Assembly (NCBI RefSeq): GCF_964355755.1
Contig: NC_092673.1
Coordinates: forward strand, 31,431,648-31,495,647
DNA length: 64,000 nt
From: Antedon mediterranea
Taxonomy: Eukaryota; Animalia; Echinodermata
Direction: 5' to 3'
Shown: positions 25,101 to 40,100 of the stretch, piece by piece
Numbering within the stretch: position 1 is the stretch's first letter
Layout: each line of letters begins with the position of its first letter
Program-made: the position numbers and the translations under genes
The notes under the pieces: model-generated
What the model saw: only the letters and a program-made list of their open reading frames with translations
The model's database searches: none
Told to the model about the DNA's origin: nothing

Positions 25101-28100
25101 TTCGAGACGATTCAGCCGGGACTTTTCGGTCCACTTTTGGCCCAAAACCTATAGGTTGTTTTTTAAATACTATTTTTAACTATTCTATCTAAACTTGAAG
25201 TGCAATTATATAATTACACCTGCCTATAAAATGCATTTTATCAATTTTTTGTCTTTTCTCTTTTGTGATAGTACAAACTATATGTGACACCTGACCCATA
25301 GAATGTGTATATTGCATTATCCATCTACATAAAAAGTTTGCAATTATATTATTAAATTTTTGTTTTCAAATTTGATATTTAGCATTTTTGTTAAAAGATG
25401 CTCGGCAGGCACTAAAAGAATTTGAAAGTCCTAAAAAAATTCTGAACAATCTTGTACAAGAAAACCAATTGAAAGGAAAATATGTAGAATATAAAACCAC
25501 AGGTGACCAGTTGAAACAGAGTGTGCTTACTGTTCATTGGCCTGTACAATTTGAAATTGTCACGACTGCTAGGAATAAAGTTGAAGCAGAGAAAATGGCA
25601 GCAGCCCTTGCTTGTTCGAAACTAAAGGTTTGTTTATTTATTTACTAAAGGTTTTATTTTATTTATTTTGTACTAAAAATGCCAATAAATTAATAGTGAC
25701 ATTACATGATGTTCCATGCAACTACATAGCTGTTGAGTCGAAAAGTCATTCTGTGTGTTCATATGTTTCTGACTCAATTAAGTGAGGAAAATCCTTGACT
25801 TGTGATAGGATTGATATTAATAACTTGACTATCTATTAATCAGGCAGTTCATTGCAAATGTGGAATTCCTGCCTCAGCATGCAAAATAGAATTTTATCAA
25901 ACATAAACTAGCTAATATTTTTATAATATTTTATATAGATCATCCTCAAGCTTTGACTAAACTCTCTTCTCCAATAATCATATGCCAAAGTTGGTCAATT
26001 GTTATTCTGTAATGTTGTGAAGGTCTCAAAACAGCCTGGTTACACTGCCTTTATATTTTCAATACGATATTCGTTTAAACTCTTCAACAATCATTACAAT
26101 TTTTTTTTCAGAATTTAGGTTATTTAGACAAGCACAACCGTGCACGCATTCCTGGTATATCAATACTTCATGAAAAAAGTGATGTAAAAGAATTTTTGAA
26201 AATGGATCTTCAGCCTTCTTGGATATCTCTAAATTCAAAACTTAAAGGAGAAGTTCTTCAAGGGCTGGAAAATCTGAAGGTATTAATTTGCTTCATATTA
26301 CCATATATTTCGGTGTATAAGTCGCACCTGTGTATAAGACGCACCCCCTAACTGAGAGTAAAATATCGGTATTTTTTATATCGTCGGTGTATAAGACGCA
26401 CCTTATATTTCATCAAAACAATGTTTTTTTAAATTGTAATCAATATTATTGTAATAATATATTTTGTTATATCTGCAACGGCGTCCTTTATTTAGGTGTT
26501 TTCTTACCTAGGCTCGGCCGCGCCCAGCCTCAACAGCCGCAACATCGAGTGCATGACCGTGTGTGTAACATGTGTACGTGTGGGCTAGCCTCGCTCGATC
26601 ATTTTGAGAGGACGCACGTTTTCACGGACAATCGTATTCGATTAGTATCTATGTATGTATCCGAGAATTGAAGTGTGTACGCTAGGTCCATGCTATAATC
26701 ACCTGGAGAATATACTAGTCGAATACCGTACACCATGTGGCCGCCAAGAGGGCTTGCATTGCGGGTACGGCGATCGTGCGTATAACTACTGTATAAATAA
26801 ATACTATTCCAATTGTACGTAATCGTTTACAAATGAAATTTTATCGCCATAATGAACAAATCTTTTCATCATATTTAGTATAACATCATGCTAAAATGCC
26901 TTGAAAACTAGGCAGAAGCAGGTTGCCATTACGTTAGTTAGTTACTGTAGCTAGGCCTAGCCTACTCAGGCCTAGCAAACGAGGTGACGATAGCCTAGGC
27001 CTATATGTACAATCTGTGTGGTGAGGCATTTATGTTCGGTGTATAAGACGCACCCTTAATTTAGAGGTCAAATTTGCGTGTCAAAAGTGCGACTTATACA
27101 CCGAAATATACGGTATGTGGGATTTTACTATATCTTGAAGCAATTAAACATATTAATATTTACTTTATGTTTCATTAGTACAACCTTCAAACCAATGTCT
27201 GGTATGTTAGGTTTTTTGTGATGCTGTACATTGCCACCATTCGTGGATGGACATGCCATTTGAACGTTTCTTCTGCAAAAACTCCAACACACCCCTCCCA
27301 CTCAGTCAGTACTTAAAAACACACCTTTTTCAGAATTTGTATTGACCTTGCTTTATTCTTTATTGGCACTAAATAAATTTATCATTTCCTAGTTATTAAA
27401 CAAAGGTGGCTATTTTCATGATGACTGATCCATGGTCTACATTAATAAAAGGGAAAATTGATGTTGTTTTTACTGTAGGTAGAGTTCAATATAATTGATT
27501 GTAAGTTTTTATATTCCTATGTTTAGCATTTCGGACGCTCGTTTGATCAAGAACACACCAGTGGATTTCCAGACTCATTTTTGGATAAATCTGAATCGGA
27601 ATATATTGATGCAATTACTGGAAAACCTTTAGTTTCAATTTCAGATGATCTAAAGCATGCACAAAATTTAAGGTTATTAAATAGACAGAATGATTTAGAA
27701 TATTCAGAATCCAATCAAAGGAAAGAGGCAGCTGCACTCCCTATTGCTAATATGAGGTACTGTAACTCACTTATATTTTCCAATAACAATGCGAATGGAA
27801 GATTTGTACACAATTTGGAATTGCAATTTCATTTCATTTCATCACCTGATATTTTATTACATTTTTATTTACTAATAGGGAGGAGATTCTGTCAATTATT
27901 AAGAGCAATCAGGTGGTTGTTTTATCAGGAGAAACTGGCTGTGGAAAAACAACGCAAGTTCCACAATATCTTTTTGAAGACTTTATCCTAAATGAGAAAG
28001 GGTCAGAGTGCAATATAATTGTAACACAGGTAATGGGATATTCATATTGTTAAACACTTGGCCTAGTATATGAAATAATTGAATAGTTCATAATAATTTA

Positions 28101-31100
28101 ATTTGTCAAGAAAATTGGGTGGGTTGAACATTCCTTCACCCTACCCATATTGCTACAAAATCTAACTATGTTGTACAATAAAAAAATCAGCCAATTATTT
28201 ATTCAAATTTCTCCCAACTATAGTAAGACAACTTAATAGACAGACATATATAAAAGGTAATCATGGGGCCATTATACAAATAATGAAATTTTATGAGTAA
28301 AGTCGATGAATATTAAATTGAAAGATGAACTGGTGGTCTCTTTAACTAGGCCCATCACAAATATGGCATTAGGAATCTGGCCGCAAAGTATGCCAAACAA
28401 TCACCAAAATGTTCACAAAAAACCTAAACATGTTGTTTTTTATTTTAACTTTATTACTATACTTCATAGCCACGTAGGATCAGTGCTATTTCAGTGGCTC
28501 AACGAGTTGCAAGCGAACGAGGAGAACATGTGGGGAAAACAATTGGCTACCAAGTAAGACTGAAGAGTAAGCTGCCACAATCAAATGGATTAATTTTATT
28601 TTGTACAACTGGTATACTGCTTAATAAACTACGAACAAACCCAACCCTTAAAGGTAGATACTAGCTATTAATACATTTTTTAAAGAATTAATAGTAGGTG
28701 TGTAACTCCTAATAAAGAAACAGAACACATTTTAAGAATTTGACGTTTTGATCTATTTGTTCATTTTTACAAATCTAATGAGCAGGGCTCATTTATTATG
28801 CTTGGAAGTAGCACCTTCAGCATTCGGTCTACTGCCCAAATTTCTAAGAGATTGATGTGGGCTAACGCCTCCTCGGCAATCCAAACGCCGGAGTTGTGAC
28901 TTTGGTTGGAGCAACCGCCCCAACCTGCTTTGGACGCGTCCGTTTCTATTTGTGTGTCCGGAATTGATCTCTGAATTGATCGGCCATCCGTTAGCCACCA
29001 TTGGAAGTGCGTTATAATGAACGCCGACATTGGGACCACTTTGTCTAATGAATCTGAACCTGCCCGGTAGAAGGCTAACAGATAAAGTTGCAGCGGCCGC
29101 ATCCGTACGGAACTAGATCTACAAAGCTGGCTAGGAAACATAGCATTCTCAGCCAGTCATATCAGGCCTTGTATAGCAGCAAGGGCTGTGGTTACTGCCT
29201 AACACGTCGTCTAGATACATAAATATGCGAATGCCGTGCTTGTAAAAGAACGAGCCAAGTGCTCGAACAATGCACATGAACACGCGCAGGTCCGTTGGTA
29301 GGCCAAACAGCATCGCAACAAACTGGTAGAGACAAGATTCGAAACCGCAACCAACATTGGTCTTCTTTTGCGATTGGTACGTGAAAGTACGCATCTTTTA
29401 AATCTATCGATGTAGCCCAGTCTCCTTGACTTAGCCCTAATGGGATCGATGAGACTGTCTCCGTCTGCAACCTGCGGGGCCAGAAAAAGCGTTTGTTCAG
29501 ATGTTTTAAATTCAGAATTAGTTGCCAGTCCCCCAAGGACTTCTCGGTTAAGAATACGATTGATTCGTGGCCCGAGCCCGCATGATGTTCTTCAACCCTT
29601 ACTACGGCTTCTTTGTGGAGCAGCACGGCAATCCCGTCCATAAGCGTTCGTTGCTTTATTGGATCTTTGGGGATTGTGTCGGACGAGGACCTCCACACAC
29701 TGGAGGGCTCGTGAATTCTATGTGGTAGCAGTAGCTTAATGTGGAAAGAATACAGCTGTCTACCATCAGCTTCTCCCACTCTCGGACGAACCGTAGGAGG
29801 CAACCTCCCACTGCGAGCCCACTTATCTTCTTTTCCGGCAAATTTTCCTAAAAGAGGTCCATGGCACCCAATGAGTCAGAAATCTGCCGGTTGTGTCGAG
29901 TCCTTGGTCCTCCCAAGCACGCTCTTTTGCTGGGTCCAGAATTGGTGGTGCCCAGATGTATTTTTTAAATTGTTCCTGCGGAAGCGAGAAGGCTGCGGCC
30001 AGATCTACGGGCCTTAGCGATAGCCTCCAGTCTGGCGACCAGTTCGGGGTCCAGTGATGCGACTGGACAGGTCGTCACCCGCTTTAGTGGAGCACGCACT
30101 CCAAAGGTGGAATATATTTTCGATGCCGGCGCGGGCGTGTCGGAGCATCATACGCGTACTAGACTTCAATGTACGATAGTACGGCTGGAACTTCTGATTT
30201 AAAAGCGAGTTCTAAATTCTTATAGCCGCTTTCACATTTTTCCCATTTTCACACATGCTCATACTGCATTTAACCTCATCCTTCGCACAGCCACCAATAT
30301 GACTAATCAGGGTATCATATCGATCATCATCGCCCAACGAATAATGATCACAATAAATTCGAAAATCATCAAGCCATTCTTTTAACTTAAGGTCCCCAGG
30401 AGATCTTGGAACACCCTTAAATTTTACTAACTTAATCGGAGGAGCTTTCTGAACCAAAACGCGATTTAAGACATTAGTTAATGCCGCAATCATATCATTA
30501 ACGCCATCGCCGCTTGCAGCTGCTGCTTCTTCAGATTTAGATTTGCCTAGTGACATTGCAGAAGGTGAATTTGTGACAATTATAAACACTCCAAACACTA
30601 CTACATTAAACAGAGTCTCAATACAAAAAATAAGTATCGTAAATGTAATATAAAAGTAACAATATTTCATTTAAGATAAGTATAAGCATCAATTCACAAT
30701 ATCATCTTAAGTAACAACACGTTGCCATGTCAATCGGAAGAAAGATTCTGTAGTACAGTATATATAAAACCATACACTTTCCATTCTAAAATTAAATTAA
30801 ATTCGTAAATCTTATCTGTCCAATACTCTTTGTCTTATGCAGGGTGTAGTAAAACAATGGTTGAAAATGCACAATGCAATCCTCCTTCAGGAACGCTTGA
30901 ATCATTGCCTCCTGTCCGTGACGCCAATTTGTTGTGGTACGGGAATCCTTAATATTGATTTGCTAGTTTTAGACCATTAAGGTTTGGTTTGTGAAGCCAT
31001 GTATCCCATGCAACAAAACAATACGCAAGATGAGGCTGTGTTTACTCAGTATCGTTTATTTTCTTAACAAAAAAAACCCTGGATCCAATACACCTATTTC

Positions 31101-34100
31101 ATACTACTAATCACGTCAACCTGGTAAAGTTATCCAACTAACTTCAACCTGGTAATTTATCTAACTAACTTCAACAGCTGGTTGTAAAGCGGAGGTAATG
31201 TGTGGGCACGATGTCCATGGCCTTGAGGCAATTCACCCTCCGCGCGGCAGCCGAGGTCAATGCTATCGTCGCTTGTTGGTCCGCGACCAGGCAAGTATTC
31301 CGGATCTGCGAGGAACAAAAGGAGGTTGCCCGACATTAAGAACGTTCTTTATGTCTCACGGATACCATGGTTGACTGCTATTAGGGCCTCCTCAGTTTTA
31401 GCGGCCTAAGGAGTCAGAAATCTGCCGGTTGTGTCGAGTCCTTGGTCCTCACGAGCACGCTCTTTTTCTGCGGCCGGAATCAGTGGTGCCCAGATGTATT
31501 TTTTAAATTGTTCCTGCGGAGGCGGGAAGGCTGCAGCCATATCTTGCGGTGCAGCCCTACGGACCTTAGGCTCCTTAGCGATAGCCTCTAGCCTGGCGAC
31601 CAGTTCGGGGTCCAGTGGTGCGACTGGACAGGTCGTCACCCACTTTAGTGGAGCACGTACTCTAAAGGTGGAATATCTTTTCGATGCCAGCGCGGGCGTG
31701 TCGGAGCATCGTACGCGTACTCGATGTACGATAATATGGCAGGAACTACACGATTGATGAAAGCCTCCAACCGTCTTCTCTCTGTGCAGAATAAAGCTTC
31801 ATCATACGTACTCGGTGGTGGAGGCACAGCGGCCATTGCAGGCGCATCCGGCAATACTACCGGCGCTTCTGCTTCTATATGCGTGGCCGGGGGCTCCTCC
31901 TGAACCTCCGCGGAGTTGCACAGTGACTCCTGGCTGCAGGTGCAACAGTGAATGCAAAGTAAGTGGCAGTCACACTGAACTGTCGTACGCTGGCCTCTAC
32001 ATTGCATACATTCCGATATAGGCATATCGGCGGCGGAACACGGTACGCAACTAGGCAAACAAAAGGAACAATACAACTTGACTGAGTTCTTGTTATTGTT
32101 TCACCCAGCTGAGGCAGTCCAGGTGTGAAAGTGAAATCCTTTGTTCTTTTGTCTTAATAGCGTGTCCGTTCAGTATCCTAAAATCCAATGGAAATTTGGG
32201 TGTTACTTCTTTTAATCTTCCTTATTGCTATGGAAGATCCCGATTCAAAACGGATCAAACAATATAACAAATGCTGGTCCTGCAACCGGCATAAGAATAT
32301 AATAAATATCCTGTCATAAGTCATCTGGTAATCAGCATGTGAGTTAGGAATTTTGTATAGTACAATGTACAACAACATATCACATTTGTATTATACGTCG
32401 TCGGTACTTTTATCATAATTATTTAATTAAAGACATGGAATGACCTGGTTTAATGTTTTATTAGTAAGTATTCTATGCATTATTGTTACAAAATGTCAAC
32501 ACTGCAGGGAAAGTTTTTTTAAACTATTATTAAATTAAATTATACGGGATTACACGAAATTTCTAGATTTTTCAAATGTTGTTATATTAATTATTTTAAA
32601 TGACATTTTGTATCTTTTTTCTAATATTTTCATAGGAATAAGTCATGTAATCATTGATGAAGTTCATGAAAGAGATGTTGATACAGATTTTCTATTGATA
32701 TTGATCAAGAAATTTATCCAAGATAATCCAAATATACATGTAGTATTAATGAGTGCTTCAATAAATGCATCAATGTTCAGTGAATATTTTGACAAGTAAG
32801 TTACACTAATAATTGTCGTATTTGAGTGGGACCGAGTAGTTTTTCCATTGAGTACTTATGTTACGGAGTATTTTGAGCGTTGAGATTGTTTTTAACGAAA
32901 AAGCTTTCGTTGTCAAAGTTTTCTATTCGAATAACTTTCTGTTGAGCACAAAAATTTACAATTCGAATACAAAAAGTACTCAACGAGTCTTTACGTTGAC
33001 AACGAAAGTTCCCAATCGGATATGACAAGTAATACATTTCAATTTGTCAAAAACCAAATAAAATAGGCCACAATTATTAACCACACTCTTTGATAGTAAC
33101 TTTGATTTGCAGAAATATAGCAAATGTTTAAGCTATTATTATGAAGTCTTAGACCCAAAGTATATACTGTATCTTTTTTTTCTCTATAAATTAGGTAAAT
33201 TACTGAAATAATGGACAATGGGTATCTGTATTGTTTTTGTATGTGCACAGCTGGCCCCTGGGAAGACCAACCATATGTTGATCTGGGCATTTGGGTGAAT
33301 TAATCTCAATGGAGATACTGTACAGATCAAATAAGCAAATAGCTAGATCGAAACCATAAAAGTAAAAGAGCCAGAAATAAATTGCAGAGCCTTATGCAAC
33401 ACCAAATTTTTTTAAATAATATAATTTGCCTAAATCAATCTTTTATTTTTGAATCTCTGGTCCATTGAAAATAAACAAATCTCGTATAATTAACAAAATT
33501 AAATAAAGTATATACAGTAAGTGACTAAGTACAACATGACTCACTCTCATCTCAGAATAATATTCTATCTGGAGAGCTTCTTAGACGCATAATACATTAT
33601 GTACTAACATTGAAAACCTACTATATATTCAGGCCATGTATTGATTTTCTTAAAAATTTATAAAAATATAGAATGTACATTCTGTAAAGCTCATAATACA
33701 ATGTCAAATTATTTAATTTCCCTGGTTTGTAATTATTCTCTTTATATTTAGCTGTCCAATTATCACAGTGCCCGGCTTTACATACCCGGTCAAAGAGTTC
33801 TTTCTACCTGAAATACATAAGTTGATTGGTTACAGGAGTCGGAGGTCACAAAATAATAGCAATAATGAGAACATGCTGCAACACCCTTTTACTGATGTTG
33901 ATTGTGTTGTTAAACTTATAAATCACCTTGATCAAACCAAACCAGAGGTAAGTCCATTATACACGAGTACATGTACACTAGTTTAAAAAGAAGGTTTTAT
34001 ATCAAACAGCTGCAATTATGGCTTTCTCGTAAAGTTGAACCATCGGTAAACAAAGGGAAATAAACACAATTATATAACAATGATAAATTTAATGCTAACA

Positions 34101-37100
34101 TTTAGCAAAACAATGTATACAAATCGAATACTCAAATAAATGAAAGTCTTACAGATAACAGTTTTTTCAATAGCGAAAGTATCCCAACTTTAACTGAAGA
34201 AAGTAATATAATCTGTGAAGGAGACCTGACAATCCGAGAATGTTACAATGCCCTTAAAGGCATGCCACAAAATAAAAGCCCTGGTAATGACGGTTTATCA
34301 AACGAATGGTATTTAAAATCTGAGATATTATAGGTCCAATAATAGTAAAAATACTGAATATAGGTTTAAATAGCGGAAAAATTAGTACCTCACAGAGACA
34401 GATGGTAATAACTCTTATTGAAAAAGAAGGCAAAGACCGATGCAAATTAAAGAATTGGAGACCATATCATTACTAAATGTGGACTACAAAATAGCATCGA
34501 AAGCACTATCCACTAGATTGAGCCAGTTTATTCCTTCCCTTATCCACATTGATCAAACCGGTTTTGTAATGGGCCGATACATTGGCGAGTCAGTACGAAC
34601 TATTGAAGATATTATGGAGTTTACCAAAATAAACAATATTCCAGGAATTATGCTTTTTTTTGGACTATGAAAAAGCATTCGATTCGCTTGAATGGGGTTT
34701 TTTGTTTCAGGTTTTAAAAAAAGTCAACCTCGGAGAAAAATTTATTCAATTCATAAAAGCATTATATACTGATATAAGTAGTTGCATCATAAATAATGGG
34801 CAGTCATCAAGTTATTTTCCAGTTGGAAGGGGTGTACGACAGGGTGACCCCCTCAGCCCTTACTTATTTATCCTATCAATAGAATTACTAGCATGTGCCA
34901 TACGAGACGATAAAACTATTAAGGGGATTACAGTAAATAATAGAGAAATTAAAATAACTCAATATGCAGACGACTCCACATGCTTTTTGAAAGATGAAGT
35001 GTCAGCAAAAAATATAATTAACTTAATAGAGAAATTTTCAAAAATATCGGGCTTGAAATTAAATATAAGCAAATCGCAGGCTATATGGCTTGGTTCAAAT
35101 AGGCGATGTAAAAACAAACCAATACTTATGCAATGGCCACAACAACCAGTAAAAGCATTAGGAGTTTACTTTTCTTATCATGAAAGACAACGGGAAAAAT
35201 GTAATTTAGAAACGAAAATTAAACAACTAAAAACAATATTAAACATATGGAGAACCAGACAACTAACCTTAGCAGGAAAAAAATTTTAATTAAAACATTC
35301 GCAATACCCCAATTTATATATCTAGCATTTGTCATACATATACCGCCCCATGTAGTTAAATCAATTGAAACAATTCTATTTAATTTCTTATGGAACGGTG
35401 GTAAAGGTATGATAAAAAGAACAACATTAATTGGGAATATTGAAGAAGGCGGCTTAAAAATGGTAGATATCAAACGTATGTTTAAGGCATTAAAGATAAT
35501 ATGGATACAACGATATAACATAAATGTCAATGCAGCATGGAGATCTCTACTACATAGGTTCCTAAATAAGCAAGGAGGCGACACTATTTTTTATTGTAAT
35601 GTAAGCGCGGACTGTGTCCATCGTTGGAAAAATATTCCTTTGTTTTATAAGGATATGTTAAACGCTTATTTCGAATTAATACATCCTGATACAGTAAACG
35701 GAGGGTCCCAATATATATGGTTTAATAGGCACATGCATATACATGACAAGCCATTTTATTACAAGAGCCTCAGAGATGTTGGGATATGTTTAGTAAGCAA
35801 CCTTTTTTATGAAAACGGTAATATCATTCCCTTTAATACGTGGATAAAGAGAGGCTTATCGACAAGTAATTTCATGCTCTGGAGAATGACGATATCTGCA
35901 ATACCCCCACAGTGGAAAGCAAACATGAAGCTAGGGTTTTTACGAAAAAATTATAAAAAGAGAGGGTTTATAGTGGAAGTGAAGAATGAAGAAAAAGAAT
36001 TAGAAAGTATGAGTACAAAAAATATATACAGAAAAAAAATCTTTAAAATACCAACATCTCAAAGTAAATTGCAGGATGAATTAGGTGTAGATAGCGATAA
36101 ATGGGAAAATATCTATGTATTACCATTTAAATGTTCTCAGGAGGTAAGAACCAGAATATCTCAGTATAAAATTAATGTGAATTGCTTGTCAACTAATAGT
36201 AGACTACATAAAATGAATATTGTACCGAGTAATATGTGTTCCTATTGTGAATCAAATATTGAAACTATGACCCATCTTTTGGTTGAATGTAACATTGCAA
36301 CCAAACTATGGGATGAATTCACGACTTGCTGGGAAAACATTTCAAAAACAAAGATTAACCTTGATAAAACCTCCATATTATTTGGTTACAATACAGAAAA
36401 TCCTGATATGCTATTAAATCTATGTATTTTGTTGATTAAGAAAATTTTATTTAGTTACAAATTAACTCACAAAAAGCCAGTCTTTCAGGTTTTCTTTAAT
36501 CGGTTAAAATTTAATTATAACGTAGAAAAAAACATTGCTTCTAAAAGAAGTACATTGTATAATTTCAGACAAAAGTGGAGATTAATAGAAGATTATATTT
36601 AATAACTTAATGATACTGTTTCTCAAGGAAATGACTTACTTTTGTGTATTATTATTATTACGCTTGCTCTTTATTATTGTATTAAATTAAAATGTAAACT
36701 AGAAATTATTATTTGCACGTGTTAGATATTTTTAATTATTTATTATAGGCATACTATTAGTTCCTTGGTTACAATACAGATAATTAAAAATATATATATA
36801 TATATATAAATAAATGAAAGACGCTAGTAAATTACCATCTGAACATTTTATTGCACTACAGGCTGTTTCATGAGTATGAACTCAATCTTCAGGTGCTTGG
36901 CTCTGAATGATAGTCACAAGTGAATACAAAAAGCTATCATGAAGTCTTAGGGCAAACTGTTTATGTGAACAATAGAATGCTAATTAGCAAGTACAACACA
37001 TCTCTATTTCTTGGACAGTCTATTGTTAACCAAATTCTTATTATCTAAATTACTGATACTTTAGTAGAAACTTTCTCCTATGTCTACATGCACTGACTAA

Positions 37101-40100
37101 TTCGTTCCTATGGTTAAGTGAGCTGGTTTCAGGCTTGCATATAATATAATACTTCTCTTGTAAGCATAGATTACACCGTTTGTTAACATTGGAATATGGT
37201 TTACACTTCTTTATTATTCGCCATTTAATGTTATACTTTATGTTATCATCTTTTAGCTTCCAGATGTACTGGCTAAGCGTTGTGCTGTTTTTGTATTTAA
37301 CATTACGGAATGAACTATTGTGTGCGTTATATCTGCATTTAAATGTGTTTTCGGTTAGTCCGACATATGTTTCAACTTTATCATCATCATTTGTTGTTAC
37401 TGTAGCCTGATATTATAAACAACACCACTGGTTAGGCATTTCCCATCTAATGGGCATTCATTTCGACAGTTGCATTGCTTGATGTTATCACAGGGCATAT
37501 CATTACGTAATACATTTTTGTTGTGGGCCGATATTACAGACCCTATATTAGGCATACAACTATAGCTGATTTTAATGGTGTTTCTATTAAATATTTTTCT
37601 TAGCTCATGGTTATGTGGAAAACATTCATCTACAGTCTTTAAGAACTCGTGCCCTATTTTGGTTTTCACGTTGGCACTGTAAGGCGGGTTGAACCAGATG
37701 ATATTTCTTTTCCTTGTCTTCTTCACATTATTTTGTGCGCTGGTATTGGTCGGGTTGTACTTCAGATTGTGGTCGTATCCACTTTCATACAAGGCTTCTT
37801 GGTACGGTTTCTTTGATTCATTGAAAACACTTTCATTCGAAGAAATGTTTGATAATCTTTTGTTTATGCCTTCAGGGATGTTCTTAATTATTGATGCTGG
37901 ATGATTACTTTTGCAATGAACAGCGTGGTTTGTTGTTTTCCTTTAAATAAGGCTTATATATATATATATTATTTTAAAGAAACAAAAATGGTTATGTTGT
38001 TAAATGTATGTATCTGATTTTAATTAGCACAATTATATTATAGTTCCTTGGTTATAGTACAGATTAAGATATATTTGTGTGTATGTATGTGTATGTATAT
38101 GAGTATTATTTATTATTACTATGTAAAGACAAAAAAAATTAATATGTTATTGTTAGTAAATGTATATCTCTGGCTAATTTGATTAATACAATTATATTTA
38201 GTTAGATTAGTTACATAATTGTGGAAAACACAGCATTTACCAAATTCATTAATTATTTACTTTTAAAAAAATGGAATTAATAATTTATAGTTTTTAATAT
38301 TGTTTGATCACTGTAAGTTACTTTATTTAAACGTTCAGATCATTTTGACACCTATTACTTTAAATTTAAGTGAAAAAAACAATTTTCTTTCTGAATCCTA
38401 AAAAAAAATTGCCCCAAAAAAACCCCCAATTACCAAGCAATAATCACCCCCAACAGTATCCTTATTACATGTCTCTAAATCTTCCCCAACCCTTAGAATT
38501 ATAAATATCAGACTAAATTAAAACAATTTGATTTCCAACACCACCCAGATACACCCCTACATCAGAATGAATAAATAAAAGAATTAATTAAAGTTCTCGA
38601 TATAGTGTTTCTTCTTGTCCCCCAACGCTGAATAATTAAGAAAGATAAAAGTTTAACATTTTCTTGACAATGTTCTGCACTACAAAGAAATTTGTTTTAA
38701 AAACAACTTGCGTCTCTGCTCCCGTTCTGCTTGTTAAACTAATAAATATATCTCCATAAACTGCAATTAATTTATTGCAACTAATGTTCTGCTTACAACA
38801 AGTTATTTCTTTACCACATTAAATGTCATAATTCAATAAATCGAATAGTTATTGTTCCTCAAATTGACTGTGTACTCGACAATGTATGAGCGTTAGATAT
38901 ACATTATAGTAACAACTAGTAATCAAATTCAATAAGATAAACAGTAGGCATAAAATGTTCACCTTTCTCCAATTTCAGCATACAATTACAGTTCTCTCCA
39001 ATAATTTCAACATACAGTATTATAAGTTATAACTTTTCTGTCTGTAGATGGAGTAATGAAGTTTTGTAATAATTTAGTGTTTTCTTCTGCTCTATAGGGT
39101 GCCATTTTATGTTTTCTCCCTGGTTGGCAAGATATTAAAACTGTATATGATCAGCTGAAAGACAATCAGGTGAACTTACTTTATATTTCCTTTTTTTATT
39201 CCAATTTTTACGAGATTCTCGTCCAGCCCAAGGGTGTCTGGACAGTCGACATACCATATTTTCTTGCTCTGCTCTGAATATATTAATTCAGGAAAAGATA
39301 TTCTAATAAAAAATAAAAATATTTGTATTCACTGTGTATTTGGTAATCACAGTAAAGCACATAAAGGTATAACATTATTGATATAAAAATGAAAACTTTT
39401 ATTTTTATTTTTTAACAGAACACACACAATAATCGTAAAGTTCTGCCAGTACATTCTAACTTCTCTATCAACGAACAGCAAGAAATTTTTAAAAGGTTAG
39501 TAGTATGTTTTAGTAATTTCAAAATATTAATGAAATTTGTTATAGTAATGGTTTGAAAATTCTTATATTATATCTGATATTGTCAAATCATGTCCACATA
39601 AATTAAGTTGTCTTTGAGACTGAATAATTCTTGTGGAATCTTGAGACTGGTATATCAGAGATGTTTATTTTGACAAAAGGATATAGTTAGTTATTACTAG
39701 TAACAATTAATTTAAAATAATGTAATTTAAATTATAAATACATAATAATGAATTGTGTGTGGTAGCATTTGTTTTATTGGCAATTGAAATGAAATGTACA
39801 CAATAACTTAAAATGAATGTGGCCGGTTGCATGTTTTACAATCCCAGAGTTCAAAGTTTAAATTCTGCCTAAATGTTAACATGGCCAACTTAGCAATGTA
39901 CTAAAAAGACTTCTTCTTTCCTTCTACTTTCAAAATCACACATTTTTTTCTCGTTTTTTAATAGCCAATTAATTAATTTTTTTATTTTATTATTTTATTA
40001 TTTATAAAGCGCCTTTACAAAGAAAGATCAAAGTGCTATACAGAGTAATAACACAGAAAAAGACTATACAAAATAATATAATATTGAAACAAATAAGTTT

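Noticed and set aside
30212-30670. Domesticated gag (PNMA-like) host gene
   Set aside because: Truncated at a TE junction and preceded by an LTR and PBS; better explained as a Gypsy fragment.
38290-38900. Possible LINE remnant on the minus strand
   Set aside because: Composition is suggestive, but I could not recover a diagnostic motif.
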